Positions 10,007-19,470 of a stretch of DNA of 51,609 nt are shown here, piece after piece. Numbering within the stretch: the first letter of the stretch is position 1; each line of letters starts with the position of its first letter. Below the pieces are notes generated by a model. It searched no databases, was not told the origin of the DNA, and saw only the letters and a list, made by a program, of their open reading frames with translations. The DNA is taken from positions 1-51,609 of the forward strand of contig CAYYSJ010000002.1 of NCBI GenBank assembly GCA_964474445.1, given 5' to 3'. A program made the position numbers and the translations under genes. The DNA is from an uncultured Gammaproteobacteria bacterium. Lineage in GTDB: Bacteria > Patescibacteriota > Microgenomatia > Levybacterales > UBA12049.

Positions 10007-10540
10007 TTATCGTCCTACCGTTATATGTTCGGCACTTTGATGGGTGGAAATAGGTGTTGTCTGAGCTGAGTGTTGAGGTAAAGATGTAAGCATGTGTGAA
10101 AGAAAATCAGTAAAAACAGGCGCAATGGAATAATCCTTAAACTTTCCATTATAGGTAATTTGTACACCAGCAATAATTGATGGATCGATGTGGATATCAA
10201 AAAGAACTTGTTTATTAATGTTAGATACAAACCACTGAGAAAATGTCCTTAATGTTTCTTCTGATGGTTCGAAAGCAACAGTTAAAGAAACGACTGGAAT
10301 ATTGGAGAGACCCTCTTGGATTTTTTTGAAAAAATCTTGAAGATCATTAACAGACCCAGTATTTACATTATTTTCTCTCATTAACTTGAGAAAAGCATCC
10401 CTTTTGACAATGCTAAATTGTGAAGATAAAGATTTTTCCAGATTAAAATCTGTTGTATACATTGTGTCAATAATACCATTTAATCTGGTTGCAAAATCTG
10501 TTGCCTGTGATTTTGTTAAGAAAAATTGTGATAAATCCAT
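10007..10540 (-). CDS. atpH: F1 ATPase delta/OSCP-like subunit
   Basis: C-terminal IDPSIIAGVQITYNGKFKDYSI matches the delta VDxxLIGG..I..G...D.S motif. Start moved to ATG 10540 (MDLSQF) to avoid overlap with the upstream gene. Confidence 0.85.
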   Translation of the reverse strand: MDLSQFFLTKSQATDFATRLNGIIDTMYTTDFNLEKSLSSQFSIVKRDAFLKLMRENNVNTGSVNDLQDFFKKIQEGLSNIPVVSLTVAFEPSEETLRTFSQWFVSNINKQVLFDIHIDPSIIAGVQITYNGKFKDYSIAPVFTDFLSHMLTSLPQHSAQTTPISTHQSAEHITVGR

Positions 10541-10589
10541 AATTATACGTATAAGGCAAAATGAATTGAAAGTTCCTTGATGTTTCCTT

Positions 10590-11225
10590 TTAGTCAAACA
10601 TCCCTTCTTTTTTTGCTTTTTCCAAAGAGTCAAGAATAATATGCTGATGATCAGTGATAGATAATGTTTTATTAAAAATTTCTTCTGACGCTTTTTGTAC
10701 AATGTGCAGCACCGTTTGCTCTATTTCTTTAAGTCGTGCTTGTTTGTACTCTTCCAGTTCTTTTTCTAAATTTGGGAGAAGTGTTTCTCGGAAATGTTTA
10801 ATTTGTGTTCGTAAATCATCTTCCAATTCTCTTGAAATTTGCTGAAAGTCAGCTAACGATTCAGAAGTAAGCTGCTTCAGTGATGTAGCATAGGTTGCGG
10901 TAAGCTCATGAGTCATATCTCCGGCTTCTTGCTGTACCTCTAAAAGCATATCCTGAAGCGCTTTTTTGACAACCTCATGAGAAGTATGGGTAATATGTTC
11001 AGCTCCAGTGATAATGTGGTCTGCTTCTTCTGTTGCATCCTCCAGGATCTTTCGTTCACGTGAAAGGGCGTTATCAACAACCTGATGATAGTTCGTGTCG
11101 ATTGCTTCTTCTTTTTTCTCAAGCACTTTTTCTTTTTTGGCAAGACGTATCAGATAGTATCCAACGAAGATAAAAATAATAAGATCTGCACTTATGGTAA
11201 TAAGTTGAAATAGCTGGGCAGGCAT
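10590..11225 (-). CDS. atpF: Fo b-like peripheral stalk protein (N-terminal TM plus long coiled coil)
   Basis: TM LIIFIFVGYYLIRL followed by a charged helical region; lies between the c-like gene and delta. Start ATG 11225 is preceded by TACAAT. Confidence 0.7.
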   Translation of the reverse strand: MPAQLFQLITISADLIIFIFVGYYLIRLAKKEKVLEKKEEAIDTNYHQVVDNALSRERKILEDATEEADHIITGAEHITHTSHEVVKKALQDMLLEVQQEAGDMTHELTATYATSLKQLTSESLADFQQISRELEDDLRTQIKHFRETLLPNLEKELEEYKQARLKEIEQTVLHIVQKASEEIFNKTLSITDHQHIILDSLEKAKKEGMFD

Positions 11226-11270
11226 ATACTTTATTGTATACTGCTTTAAGAATAAAAACAATTTTTGAAG

Positions 11271-12092
11271 TTACAATCTGAGAATAAGGAAAGCAACGAC
11301 AAGGCCCGCCCCAACAATAGCTACCACAATAGTAACATTAAAGATAATTCCTAAATGGATCATACTGCTTGCTGCAGGATTTCTTCCTAATGCCTCCACT
11401 CCTTTCGCAGCTGTACGGCCAAAAGTTAAAAATCCAAAGGTAAAAGAGCCCAAAACAACGAGTGCTGCAACAATATACTTAAAAATAGGAGTTGGAGCAT
11501 CTTTTGTTGGTAAAAGTGCAAGTTTTAGAATATCTGATAATGTTCCTTGGAGGGTTGGTTTCGAGTTAAAATAATGTAGGTTAAGAGTAACTGCAATTTT
11601 ATCTATTTTTTTAGGGTCTGGATTTACATAATCCTCCAAGGCAGTTCCTAAAACATATCCTTCATTGACTGCTTTCACACCAACACCGGGAATGGTAGAT
11701 GAGGTAAGATAGTCTCCTTTTTTGATATTTCCATTTTTTGTAGAGACTAAGACATAAACTGATCCATCGGCAATAACAGGCACGCCGTTAATATTATTGG
11801 TTGTATTTACAATAACTCCAGCATCTCTTGAAACAATCCCTATAACTTGAGAATCGTATGGAATAGTTGATAACACTGCGCCGTTTTCTGAGCTAGAAAG
11901 AATGCTTCCGTCTTTTAAGTCTTTCTGTTTTGTATCCACCATTTTAGCAACACCCAAGGTCGCTAGTCCTTCAACAGATGGAGCACTATCTTTTGTATTT
12001 GCTTGAGGTGTTACGATTTGAGCAAATGCTGTTGGTGTAGCGTTCCAGACAATAACAAAAAAGAGAAGGAAAAATAAGAGGATTTTTCTCAT
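11271..12092 (-). CDS. Signal peptide + extracellular beta domain + C-terminal ATP-synthase-subunit-c-like hairpin lacking the carboxylate
   Basis: MRKILLFFLLFFVIVWNATPTAFA signal peptide; GNIKKGDYLTSSTIPGVGVKA...GYVLGTALED domain; hairpin TM-GVEALGRNP-TM; occupies the atpE position. Confidence 0.8.
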   Translation of the reverse strand: MRKILLFFLLFFVIVWNATPTAFAQIVTPQANTKDSAPSVEGLATLGVAKMVDTKQKDLKDGSILSSSENGAVLSTIPYDSQVIGIVSRDAGVIVNTTNNINGVPVIADGSVYVLVSTKNGNIKKGDYLTSSTIPGVGVKAVNEGYVLGTALEDYVNPDPKKIDKIAVTLNLHYFNSKPTLQGTLSDILKLALLPTKDAPTPIFKYIVAALVVLGSFTFGFLTFGRTAAKGVEALGRNPAASSMIHLGIIFNVTIVVAIVGAGLVVAFLILRL

Positions 12093-12191
12093 GATAGTTC
12101 TATTATACAAAGAAAAAGTATGTGGTATAAAGCATTAAGAATAAGAAGGAAGCTACTGCGTAGTTCTTAATTGATAACACGCAGAGGGGTT

Positions 12192-14120
12192 TTATTTCCC
12201 AAGGAGAATATCCAGAAGAACTTGAAGAGACATTGTTGCAACACCTAAAACAGTATCTGCACCGCCATAGTAGATAAAAATTGTACCGTCTTTGACAACT
12301 GCACCACAGGGGAAGACGACATTTGGCACTATGCCTTGCAACTCATATTGTTCTTTTGGTTCAAAAATTGGCTCGTCAGTCCTTCCTAATATTTCTCGTG
12401 GATCTTCATAATCTAAAAGCATTGCACCAACTTCATAGCGAAATCCAGGTTGACTAACCCCATGATACAGAAGGAGCCAGCCATGTTCAGTCTCAAGTGG
12501 GGGAGCTGCAATACCTACTTTGACATTATCCCACCTGTCCTTTCTGGCTGTAGCAATAATACCTCCTGTTAAGTACTTCCTCTCGGGGAAATCCAAGTCT
12601 CTTAAAAAATCAACCCACATAGCATCCCCAAGTCTATGGAATGCAATATATCCGTCTCCTTTTACTCGTTTGACAATACACGCATCTTTATCGTCAACGC
12701 CAGGAGGTGAAATGAGCTTGGGTTTTTCCCATTTCCAATTTTTCTGCAGGAAATCATCCACTGTAATCGATGTGAGTGCAACACGAGGAGGATTAGTGCC
12801 ATCATAGGCAGTGTAGGTCATATAGAGTCTGTCCCCTATTTTTGTAATGCGTGGGTCTTCGCATCCAGAGTTGCCAGGATGACTTTTCATTTCAAAACTT
12901 TCTCTTGGTGTGTAAATAGGGGTATTTAACCGTTCATCAATACGAAAGCCATCAGTGCTTGATGCATACCCAATAGTTGATGTCCCATCCGTCGCTTGTG
13001 CTCTATACAGAATGTGAAATTTGCCGCCTTCATAAATGGCTGCAGGGTTGAACGTTCCTTGCTTTTCCCAATCAAGTTCTGGCAAGGGTTTTAGAATAGG
13101 ATTTCCTAAAAATCGTGCAAATTTCCTTGGATTTGTATCAGGTGTCGTCTCAGGTAGTTCAATAGGTCTTATCTGATCAAGAAGAGAAGCAAGATGCATA
13201 GTAGCTAAACAAACTCTCGTATCAGCTGCGCCGTAGTAAACATAGAGTAAATCATTTTTAATAAGAGCTCCTGATGGAAATACGATATTTGGCACAACAC
13301 CTTCTAGTTCGTATGGTGCTTCAGGCGTTAACAGTGGTAGTGCGCTTCTCCCAATGACTTTTCGAGGATTTTCCGAATCAAGAAGTGCTGCTTCAATCCC
13401 AAATACTTTGTCTCCTGAAAAATAATTTTTAATATAGGAATAAATAACAAGCCACCCTTGATCAGTCTTAAGCGGTGGAGCTCCTAACTCGACTTGATCA
13501 CGAGCATCTCTGAGTAAGTGAATAATATGATCATTAGCGTTGTCGTACCATTGTGTCCAATATGCTGGTGACCATAAATCTTCGGGACGATCAAAAACAG
13601 CAAGTGCTATTTTTGCAGGGGGTAAGTCAGTGTTCATGGTAACCAGTACAGCCATTTTGCCATCAATTCTTTCTGGAAAAAGGCCCATTGCCTTTGAGTT
13701 AAATGTCGTAACAGGATGTTTCTCAAAGGTTTGGAAGTCTGATGTTACGGCAACAGCGAGCTTTATTCCATAAGCAGCAAATGGAAAAACAGAAAGTGCA
13801 GTATAAAAGATGTAAAATTTCCCATCCATAAAAGTAATACGGGGATCTTCACAACCATAGATTTCGAAATCTTCTGTAGGTGTAATAATTTGTCGGTGCT
13901 CAGAAAAATGAATGCCATCGTCACTTTGTGCATATCCAACTGATGAAACATGCATATCTATCCCATTATGTTTTGTTGTCTCTGAATAAGCACGGTATAC
14001 CATATGATATTTTCCATTAGCAAAGACAACACAACCATTAAATGCTGCATCTTTTTCCCATGAATGATTCGGATTTGGTGAAAGTATAGGATTTTCAGGA
14101 ATGCGTGATAGTGTTGCCAT
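12192..14120 (-). CDS. Tandem two-domain GH130-family beta-mannoside phosphorylase/hydrolase
   Basis: Two copies of the ENPIL/GNPIL, FN, GYAxSxDG, GCEDPRIT, VPNxVFP, YYGxADT motif series. Start ATG 14120 preferred over TTG 14162. Confidence 0.9.
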   Translation of the reverse strand: MATLSRIPENPILSPNPNHSWEKDAAFNGCVVFANGKYHMVYRAYSETTKHNGIDMHVSSVGYAQSDDGIHFSEHRQIITPTEDFEIYGCEDPRITFMDGKFYIFYTALSVFPFAAYGIKLAVAVTSDFQTFEKHPVTTFNSKAMGLFPERIDGKMAVLVTMNTDLPPAKIALAVFDRPEDLWSPAYWTQWYDNANDHIIHLLRDARDQVELGAPPLKTDQGWLVIYSYIKNYFSGDKVFGIEAALLDSENPRKVIGRSALPLLTPEAPYELEGVVPNIVFPSGALIKNDLLYVYYGAADTRVCLATMHLASLLDQIRPIELPETTPDTNPRKFARFLGNPILKPLPELDWEKQGTFNPAAIYEGGKFHILYRAQATDGTSTIGYASSTDGFRIDERLNTPIYTPRESFEMKSHPGNSGCEDPRITKIGDRLYMTYTAYDGTNPPRVALTSITVDDFLQKNWKWEKPKLISPPGVDDKDACIVKRVKGDGYIAFHRLGDAMWVDFLRDLDFPERKYLTGGIIATARKDRWDNVKVGIAAPPLETEHGWLLLYHGVSQPGFRYEVGAMLLDYEDPREILGRTDEPIFEPKEQYELQGIVPNVVFPCGAVVKDGTIFIYYGGADTVLGVATMSLQVLLDILLGK

Positions 14121-14189
14121 ACTAAGAGTATGAAGGATTTCGTATGAAGTATAAAGGGTCAAAATTTGCTTTCTTCTTAATACCTGATA

Positions 14190-16019
14190 CTAAATTCTTT
14201 CTCCTTGATTTAAGGATATTTGTCTTAACTTTGGTTCTTGATTATGTTTCATTTCATCGAGAAAAGTATCTATATCTGCGGTTGCAGCATTGACATAACT
14301 ATCAGCACCGCCATAGTAAATAAAAAGTTTGTTATTCATAATGACTGCTCCACAAGGGTAGACAACCCCTGCTTTAAAACCATTGTTTTCATAATGTTCT
14401 ACTGGTTCAATAATTGGCATATGAGTTCGATACAAAACTTTTGATGGATTATCAATATCGAGCATCATTGCGCCAATTTTATATCGTCCTGAGTCTTGAT
14501 ATCCAACAGACTGATAAATGAGAAGCCATCCATCTTTTGTCTCTATTGGTGGAGCGCCTGCGCCTACTTTTTTACTATCCCAAAACTTCTTTCGAGGTGG
14601 AATAAAGTAATGCCCTTGTAAATATTCATCAAATTCCAAGTTATCCAGATAATCAATAAGAATATTTGGATATACTCTATGCATCACAACATATTTTCCT
14701 TTTACTTTTCGTGGCAAAACGACAGCGCTTTTATTCACCATGCCAGGTGCTGAAATAAGTTTCGGTGTTTCCCATTTTTCCCAGTTATTTCTCAAAAAGT
14801 CATCAATATCAATTCGAGATAATGCAGCACGTGGAGGAGTTGCCCCATCAAAGGCTACGTAGGTTAAATAAATTTTATTCTCTACACGAGTAATTCTTGG
14901 GTCTTCAACTCCACCATATCCTCCACCTGATGCAAAATGTTGAGCAATAGAATCAAATCTATGTCCACCTGGTGTTTCAAATGGTTCACGAGGAATATAT
15001 GCAGGAGTATCAGATCTATGATCAATATGCAAGCCATCAGTACTTGTTGCATATCCTAAGACAGACAGATCAGTATCTCCAAGTGCTCGATAAAGGAAAT
15101 GTACTTTTCCATCCTCATAAATTGCAGCGGAATTAAATGATGCTCGTGAATCCCATGGGATGTGGGGCCGGGGTGCGAGAATAGGATTTTTATTAAATTT
15201 CTTAACGAGGTAGGTGAATACTTGAGTCTTTGGTACATGAGAAATAACTGGGATTGGACAGGAAACAGAAAATATTGTGCTATCATTAACTGTCCAATAG
15301 AGAATAAGTTGCTGATTAATAATTGCAGATCCAAGTGGCTTGAAGTGATCTTTATTGAGTTCTTGAGGGAGTTCGTAAATAGGTTCCTCAGATTGCCATA
15401 GTAGTTTAGAAGGATTTTTTTTGTCAAAATATGCAGCACCCACAATATAATGCTCAGCGTTATTCACATGTTTTTTCACATAATATGTGAGAAGAATGTT
15501 GCCGTTCACTTCATATGCATTTCCAACTTCAAGTGCTGTATCATCAAAAAATCCTTTTCGGGGAGTAAGCAGAGGAGTTTTATCAAGAGTCCATTTTACT
15601 AGATCTTCTGAATAGGCACTGCGTATATCGTTCTCCCCAACATACATAACAAACGTATTGTTATGCTTATATTCGGGGACAACAGTGCCTGTTTCTTTAA
15701 TTGTATCTATTTTCCCAATTTTTTGCCAAACTGTAAGATCGGTTGAGAGAGCTCCGAGCAAAAGGCCTTCTTTTGCTTCATGAAGTTTATAGGTAAGAAT
15801 ATATGTATGCCCTTCTTTGGAAATTCTAACACCATCCCAGTGATAGCTTTGTTCTTCTTTTTGCATGTTATCAAATGCAAAAACATACTTTGCGTTGTCA
15901 CTAAAGGTGAATCCATCGGAGCTTATGACTGCTTTAAAAAAAGTATTTACACCTTCCGTTTGAAGAAAATAGAGGACCACTTCTTTATTCTTTTGAGTAA
16001 TACCGATAAATTTAATCAT
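14190..16019 (-). CDS. GH130-family protein: degenerate N-terminal propeller plus intact C-terminal GH130 domain
   Basis: C-terminal KNPIL, SFNSAA, GVEDPRIT, NKSAV, MHRVYP, KKVGAG, VVYPCG, YYGGAD; the N-terminal half has only remnants of these motifs. Confidence 0.88.
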   Translation of the reverse strand: MIKFIGITQKNKEVVLYFLQTEGVNTFFKAVISSDGFTFSDNAKYVFAFDNMQKEEQSYHWDGVRISKEGHTYILTYKLHEAKEGLLLGALSTDLTVWQKIGKIDTIKETGTVVPEYKHNNTFVMYVGENDIRSAYSEDLVKWTLDKTPLLTPRKGFFDDTALEVGNAYEVNGNILLTYYVKKHVNNAEHYIVGAAYFDKKNPSKLLWQSEEPIYELPQELNKDHFKPLGSAIINQQLILYWTVNDSTIFSVSCPIPVISHVPKTQVFTYLVKKFNKNPILAPRPHIPWDSRASFNSAAIYEDGKVHFLYRALGDTDLSVLGYATSTDGLHIDHRSDTPAYIPREPFETPGGHRFDSIAQHFASGGGYGGVEDPRITRVENKIYLTYVAFDGATPPRAALSRIDIDDFLRNNWEKWETPKLISAPGMVNKSAVVLPRKVKGKYVVMHRVYPNILIDYLDNLEFDEYLQGHYFIPPRKKFWDSKKVGAGAPPIETKDGWLLIYQSVGYQDSGRYKIGAMMLDIDNPSKVLYRTHMPIIEPVEHYENNGFKAGVVYPCGAVIMNNKLFIYYGGADSYVNAATADIDTFLDEMKHNQEPKLRQISLNQGERI

Positions 16020-16041
16020 GAGCAGTATGATTTATTATTCC

Positions 16042-16070
16042 AATAAGAGGGATAAAATCCCCCTCTTATT
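16042..16070. promoter_or_regulatory. 10-bp inverted repeat just upstream of the GH130 genes (operator or leader hairpin)
   Basis: AATAAGAGGG-ataaaatcc-CCCTCTTATT, between divergent genes. Confidence 0.5.
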
Positions 16071-16311
16071 TAATGAACAACAATTTCTATTACTTTGTCA
16101 ATAAGCATTATCACAACAAGCACTTTTAAAGCATCCAAGATAGATATTTCATAAAGCAGTTGTGGGGATTGTCTCTAAAAATACACTAACAATACTATTT
16201 ATATTGTATGTGCTATTCCCGAGCGAACTTGTCGGGTTTAATCAGTTTTGATGTATAGTTTATTTTTTGTAACTACTTTACAATTTTTTACCAGAGTAGT
16301 AAGGTTAGGTT

Positions 16312-17253
16312 ATGAAGGCAGTTCAAATAAATGATTATGGTGGAGTAGATGTGCTTCACGTTACAAACAATGTCCCAAAGCCTACTCCTCAAAAAGGACA
16401 AGTACTTGTGGAGGTCTCTGCAGCAACAATAAATTCATTTGATTATAAACTTCGCTCTGGCATATACAAATCGATGATTCCGCTCAATTTCCCTATGACT
16501 GTAGGAGCAGATTTTGCTGGGACTATAGTAAACGTAGGTGAAGAGGTAGCTGATTTCTCTGTTGAAGATGAGGTGTTTGGTTCTGCAATTGTTCTTGCTG
16601 AAGGGTCGGGGGCGTTGGCAGAGTTTGCAGTAACAAATGGAGACAGTATTGCAAAAAAACCAACAACTATTTCGCTTGACCAAGCAGCATCTCTTCCACT
16701 CGTTGGGTCAAGCGCAGTACAGGCTGTCGAAGAGCATATTAATCTTCAAAAAGGTCAAAAAATTCTTATTCATGGTGGTGCGGGTGGCATTGGGTCAGTT
16801 GCTATTCAACTTGCAAAATCAAAAGGAGCATATGTTGCAACAACCGTTAGTACCAACGATGTTGATTTTGCAAAATCGTTAGGTGCAGATGAAGTGGTTG
16901 ATTACAAAACGCAAAACTTTGAAGAACTTTTGAAAGATGTTGATGCTGTGTTTGATACTGTTGGGGGGGAAACAACAACAAAATCTTTTCAAGTACTTAA
17001 GCCAGGAGGTATCCTTGTCTCAATGCTTGGAGAGCCAGATAGAAATCTTGCAGAGAAGTATGGGGTAAAAATAATTGGACAAAATACGAAGACGAATACG
17101 GCTCATCTTACTCGTGTAGCAGAGCTTGTTGAGCAAGGAGTCATACGGCCTACAATTGAGAAAGAATTTACTCTTGATCAAGTAAAAGATGCATTTACCT
17201 ATCAGGAACAAGTCCACCCACGAGGAAAAGTGGTAGTAAAGATTAGAGAGTAA
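16312..17253 (+). CDS. NADP-dependent oxidoreductase, MDR/quinone-oxidoreductase family
   Basis: MKAVQINDYGG, GADFAG, ILIHGGAGGIGSVAIQLAK, RGKVVV; no Zn-ligand cysteines. Confidence 0.93.
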   Translation: MKAVQINDYGGVDVLHVTNNVPKPTPQKGQVLVEVSAATINSFDYKLRSGIYKSMIPLNFPMTVGADFAGTIVNVGEEVADFSVEDEVFGSAIVLAEGSGALAEFAVTNGDSIAKKPTTISLDQAASLPLVGSSAVQAVEEHINLQKGQKILIHGGAGGIGSVAIQLAKSKGAYVATTVSTNDVDFAKSLGADEVVDYKTQNFEELLKDVDAVFDTVGGETTTKSFQVLKPGGILVSMLGEPDRNLAEKYGVKIIGQNTKTNTAHLTRVAELVEQGVIRPTIEKEFTLDQVKDAFTYQEQVHPRGKVVVKIRE

Positions 17254-17309
17254 TATCTTTCTCAGGTTCTACTAGATCCCTAACGTTTACTCCAGAAGTG
17301 ATTACCCTC

Positions 17310-17339
17310 TTGACAAATGCAACTCAGTTGCAATAGAAT
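17310..17339 (+). promoter_or_regulatory. Sigma70 promoter with a Fur-family (Zur-like) 7-1-7 operator in the spacer
   Basis: TTGACA 17310-17315, TGCAACT-C-AGTTGCA 17318-17332, TAGAAT 17334-17339, ATG 6 nt later. Confidence 0.85.
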
Positions 17340-17345
17340 TATGCT

Positions 17346-17765
17346 ATGACAAAAGTGCAACATGACTGTACTGTTGAATTACGAAATGCTTCTTTGCAGG
17401 TAACTCCTGCTCGTGTTGCAGCGATGCAACTTTTCGAGTCTCAAGATACCCCGCTTGACTCCCAGTACCTTATTGATCGACTTCATAATGAAATAGGCGT
17501 TGATAGAGTGACTGTTTTTCGGATTATTAATGCCTTTGTTGAAAAAGGACTTATTCGAAAGCTTGAATTTGGTGAAGGAAAAGCACGCTACGAATTAAAT
17601 AGAGAAGAACATCATCATCTTATTTGTGAGAAATGCGGAAAAATAGAAGATATTTCTGACTGCAATATTGGAGAGCTTGAGAAAGATATTCAAAGAAAGA
17701 AAGGGTTCTTGGTAAAGCAGCATGCTCTTGAGTTCTTTGGTCTTTGTAAAAATTGTCAACAATAA
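17346..17765 (+). CDS. Fur-family transcriptional repressor, probably Zur
   Basis: TPARVA, DRVTVFR, HHHLICEKCG, GLCKNC; heads a metal ABC operon. Confidence 0.93.
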   Translation: MTKVQHDCTVELRNASLQVTPARVAAMQLFESQDTPLDSQYLIDRLHNEIGVDRVTVFRIINAFVEKGLIRKLEFGEGKARYELNREEHHHLICEKCGKIEDISDCNIGELEKDIQRKKGFLVKQHALEFFGLCKNCQQ

Positions 17766-17768
17766 TAT

Positions 17769-18674
17769 ATGAAAAGAATTGTTTTCGTAATACTTCTTCT
17801 GCTCTTAACTGGGGCAGGGCTGTTCTTGTTAAGCAAAAATAGGAATCAACAAGTACGTAATGGTAAATTGCAGATTGTTGCAGCAGAGAATTTCTACGGT
17901 GATATTGTAACGCAAATCGGTGGAAGTAATGTACAAGTAACAAGTATTCTCTCTGATCCAAACGTTGATCCTCATGAATATGAATCAAATGTGCAAGATG
18001 CTGTGGCGATAAGTCATGCAAATATTGTGATTGAAAATGGAAGTGGTTATGACACATGGATGGATAAACTCCTTTCTGCGTCCCCTAATAAAAATAGAAC
18101 ACTCCTTATTGCAGCAAATATCGCAAATCACAAGTTAGAAGATAATCCTCATGTGTGGTATGGCATAGATAATATTCATACGATTGCTGCAGCGATAACG
18201 GATGCCCTAAAGAAGAATGATCCAATTCACGCAAGCTATTATGATCAGGCATTTGCAAAATTTGATCGTACCTTGCAACCGATACAACAGAAAATGAATG
18301 CGATTAAAACAACATATGTGAATACACCTGTTGCTTTAACGGAAACTATTTATTTGTATCAAACACAACCAATGGGACTCAATGTCCTTACCCCTTTTGC
18401 ATTTGAAAAAGCAATTGCAGAAGGAAATGATCCTTCAGCACAAGATGTCGCAACAACAACTGATCAAATTACTAAAAAACAAGTAAAAGTTCTCATTTAT
18501 AACCTACAAACAGTAACTCCTATTACCACTAATTTGCAAAATGCAGCTAAACAAAACAATATTCCAGTTGTCCCTGTTACTGAAACCATGCCTACAACAA
18601 AGCATTACCAGAGTTGGATGGTGGATCAATTGAATAATTTAGGACAAGCTCTCGCATCTTCCTCTTCTCACTAA
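17769..18674 (+). CDS. Zn/Mn ABC transporter substrate-binding protein
   Basis: DPHEYE, NPHVWY, membrane anchor at the N-terminus. Confidence 0.93.
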   Translation: MKRIVFVILLLLLTGAGLFLLSKNRNQQVRNGKLQIVAAENFYGDIVTQIGGSNVQVTSILSDPNVDPHEYESNVQDAVAISHANIVIENGSGYDTWMDKLLSASPNKNRTLLIAANIANHKLEDNPHVWYGIDNIHTIAAAITDALKKNDPIHASYYDQAFAKFDRTLQPIQQKMNAIKTTYVNTPVALTETIYLYQTQPMGLNVLTPFAFEKAIAEGNDPSAQDVATTTDQITKKQVKVLIYNLQTVTPITTNLQNAAKQNNIPVVPVTETMPTTKHYQSWMVDQLNNLGQALASSSSH

Positions 18675-19465
18675 TGCATAGTACAATAAACATACCTATG
18701 CAAAAGTCCATTATAGAATTAGAGCATGTTGATCTAGCACTTGGTGGGAGAACAATTTTCCATGATATTAATCTAACAATAGATGAGGGAGAATTTATTG
18801 CAGTGTTAGGTCCAAACGGTGCAGGGAAAAGCACGCTTCTTAAACTACTTCTTGGATTACAAAAAGCGACATCCGGAAAAGTCACTATCCTTGGGAAATC
18901 TCCAAAAAGAGGCAACAGCGAAATTGGATATGCTCCTCAACACCGGACACTCGAAACAGATGTAGCGCTTCGAGCACGAGATGTCGTGGGATTTGGATTA
19001 GATGGCACAAGATGGGGTATTTATCTGCCGAATAAGGAAAGAGACAACCAGATAGAACAAGCACTAAGTGAGGTCGACTTGCTTCACCTAGCAGACATGC
19101 CAGTTGGGAAGCTCTCAGGAGGAGAACAACAACGGCTTCTTATTGCTCAAGCATTATTAACACATCCTAAAATTTTGTTACTCGATGAGCCTTTATCAAA
19201 TTTAGACATCACCCATGCTCAAGCAGTAGTCTCTTTAATAACAAGAATTGCTAGAAATAGAAAAATTACTGTATTGCTTGTTACCCACGATGTTAATTTG
19301 CTTCTTCCAGTCATTGATAGAGTGGTCTACATGGCAAACACGCATAGTGCGATAGGAAAGCCAGAAGAAGTGATAACGACAGAAGAATTATCAAAGCTTT
19401 ATGGTTCACAAGTTGAAGTAGTGAAAACAAAAGGAAGGCTTTTTGTAATAGGAGAAGAGACATAA
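18674..19465 (+). CDS. Metal ABC transporter ATP-binding protein
   Basis: GPNGAGKST, LSGGEQQR, LLLDEP, VTHD. Confidence 0.95.
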   Translation: MHSTINIPMQKSIIELEHVDLALGGRTIFHDINLTIDEGEFIAVLGPNGAGKSTLLKLLLGLQKATSGKVTILGKSPKRGNSEIGYAPQHRTLETDVALRARDVVGFGLDGTRWGIYLPNKERDNQIEQALSEVDLLHLADMPVGKLSGGEQQRLLIAQALLTHPKILLLDEPLSNLDITHAQAVVSLITRIARNRKITVLLVTHDVNLLLPVIDRVVYMANTHSAIGKPEEVITTEELSKLYGSQVEVVKTKGRLFVIGEET

Positions 19466-19470
19466 TAGTT

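Noticed and set aside
10541-10702. N-terminal extension of delta given by the ORF track
   Set aside because: It overlaps the b-like gene; ATG 10540 gives a normal delta length.
12156-12184. CTGCGT/ACGCAG hairpin as a terminator between GH130 and the ATPase cluster
   Set aside because: The stem is short and interrupted and has no clear U-tract, so it is too weak to call.
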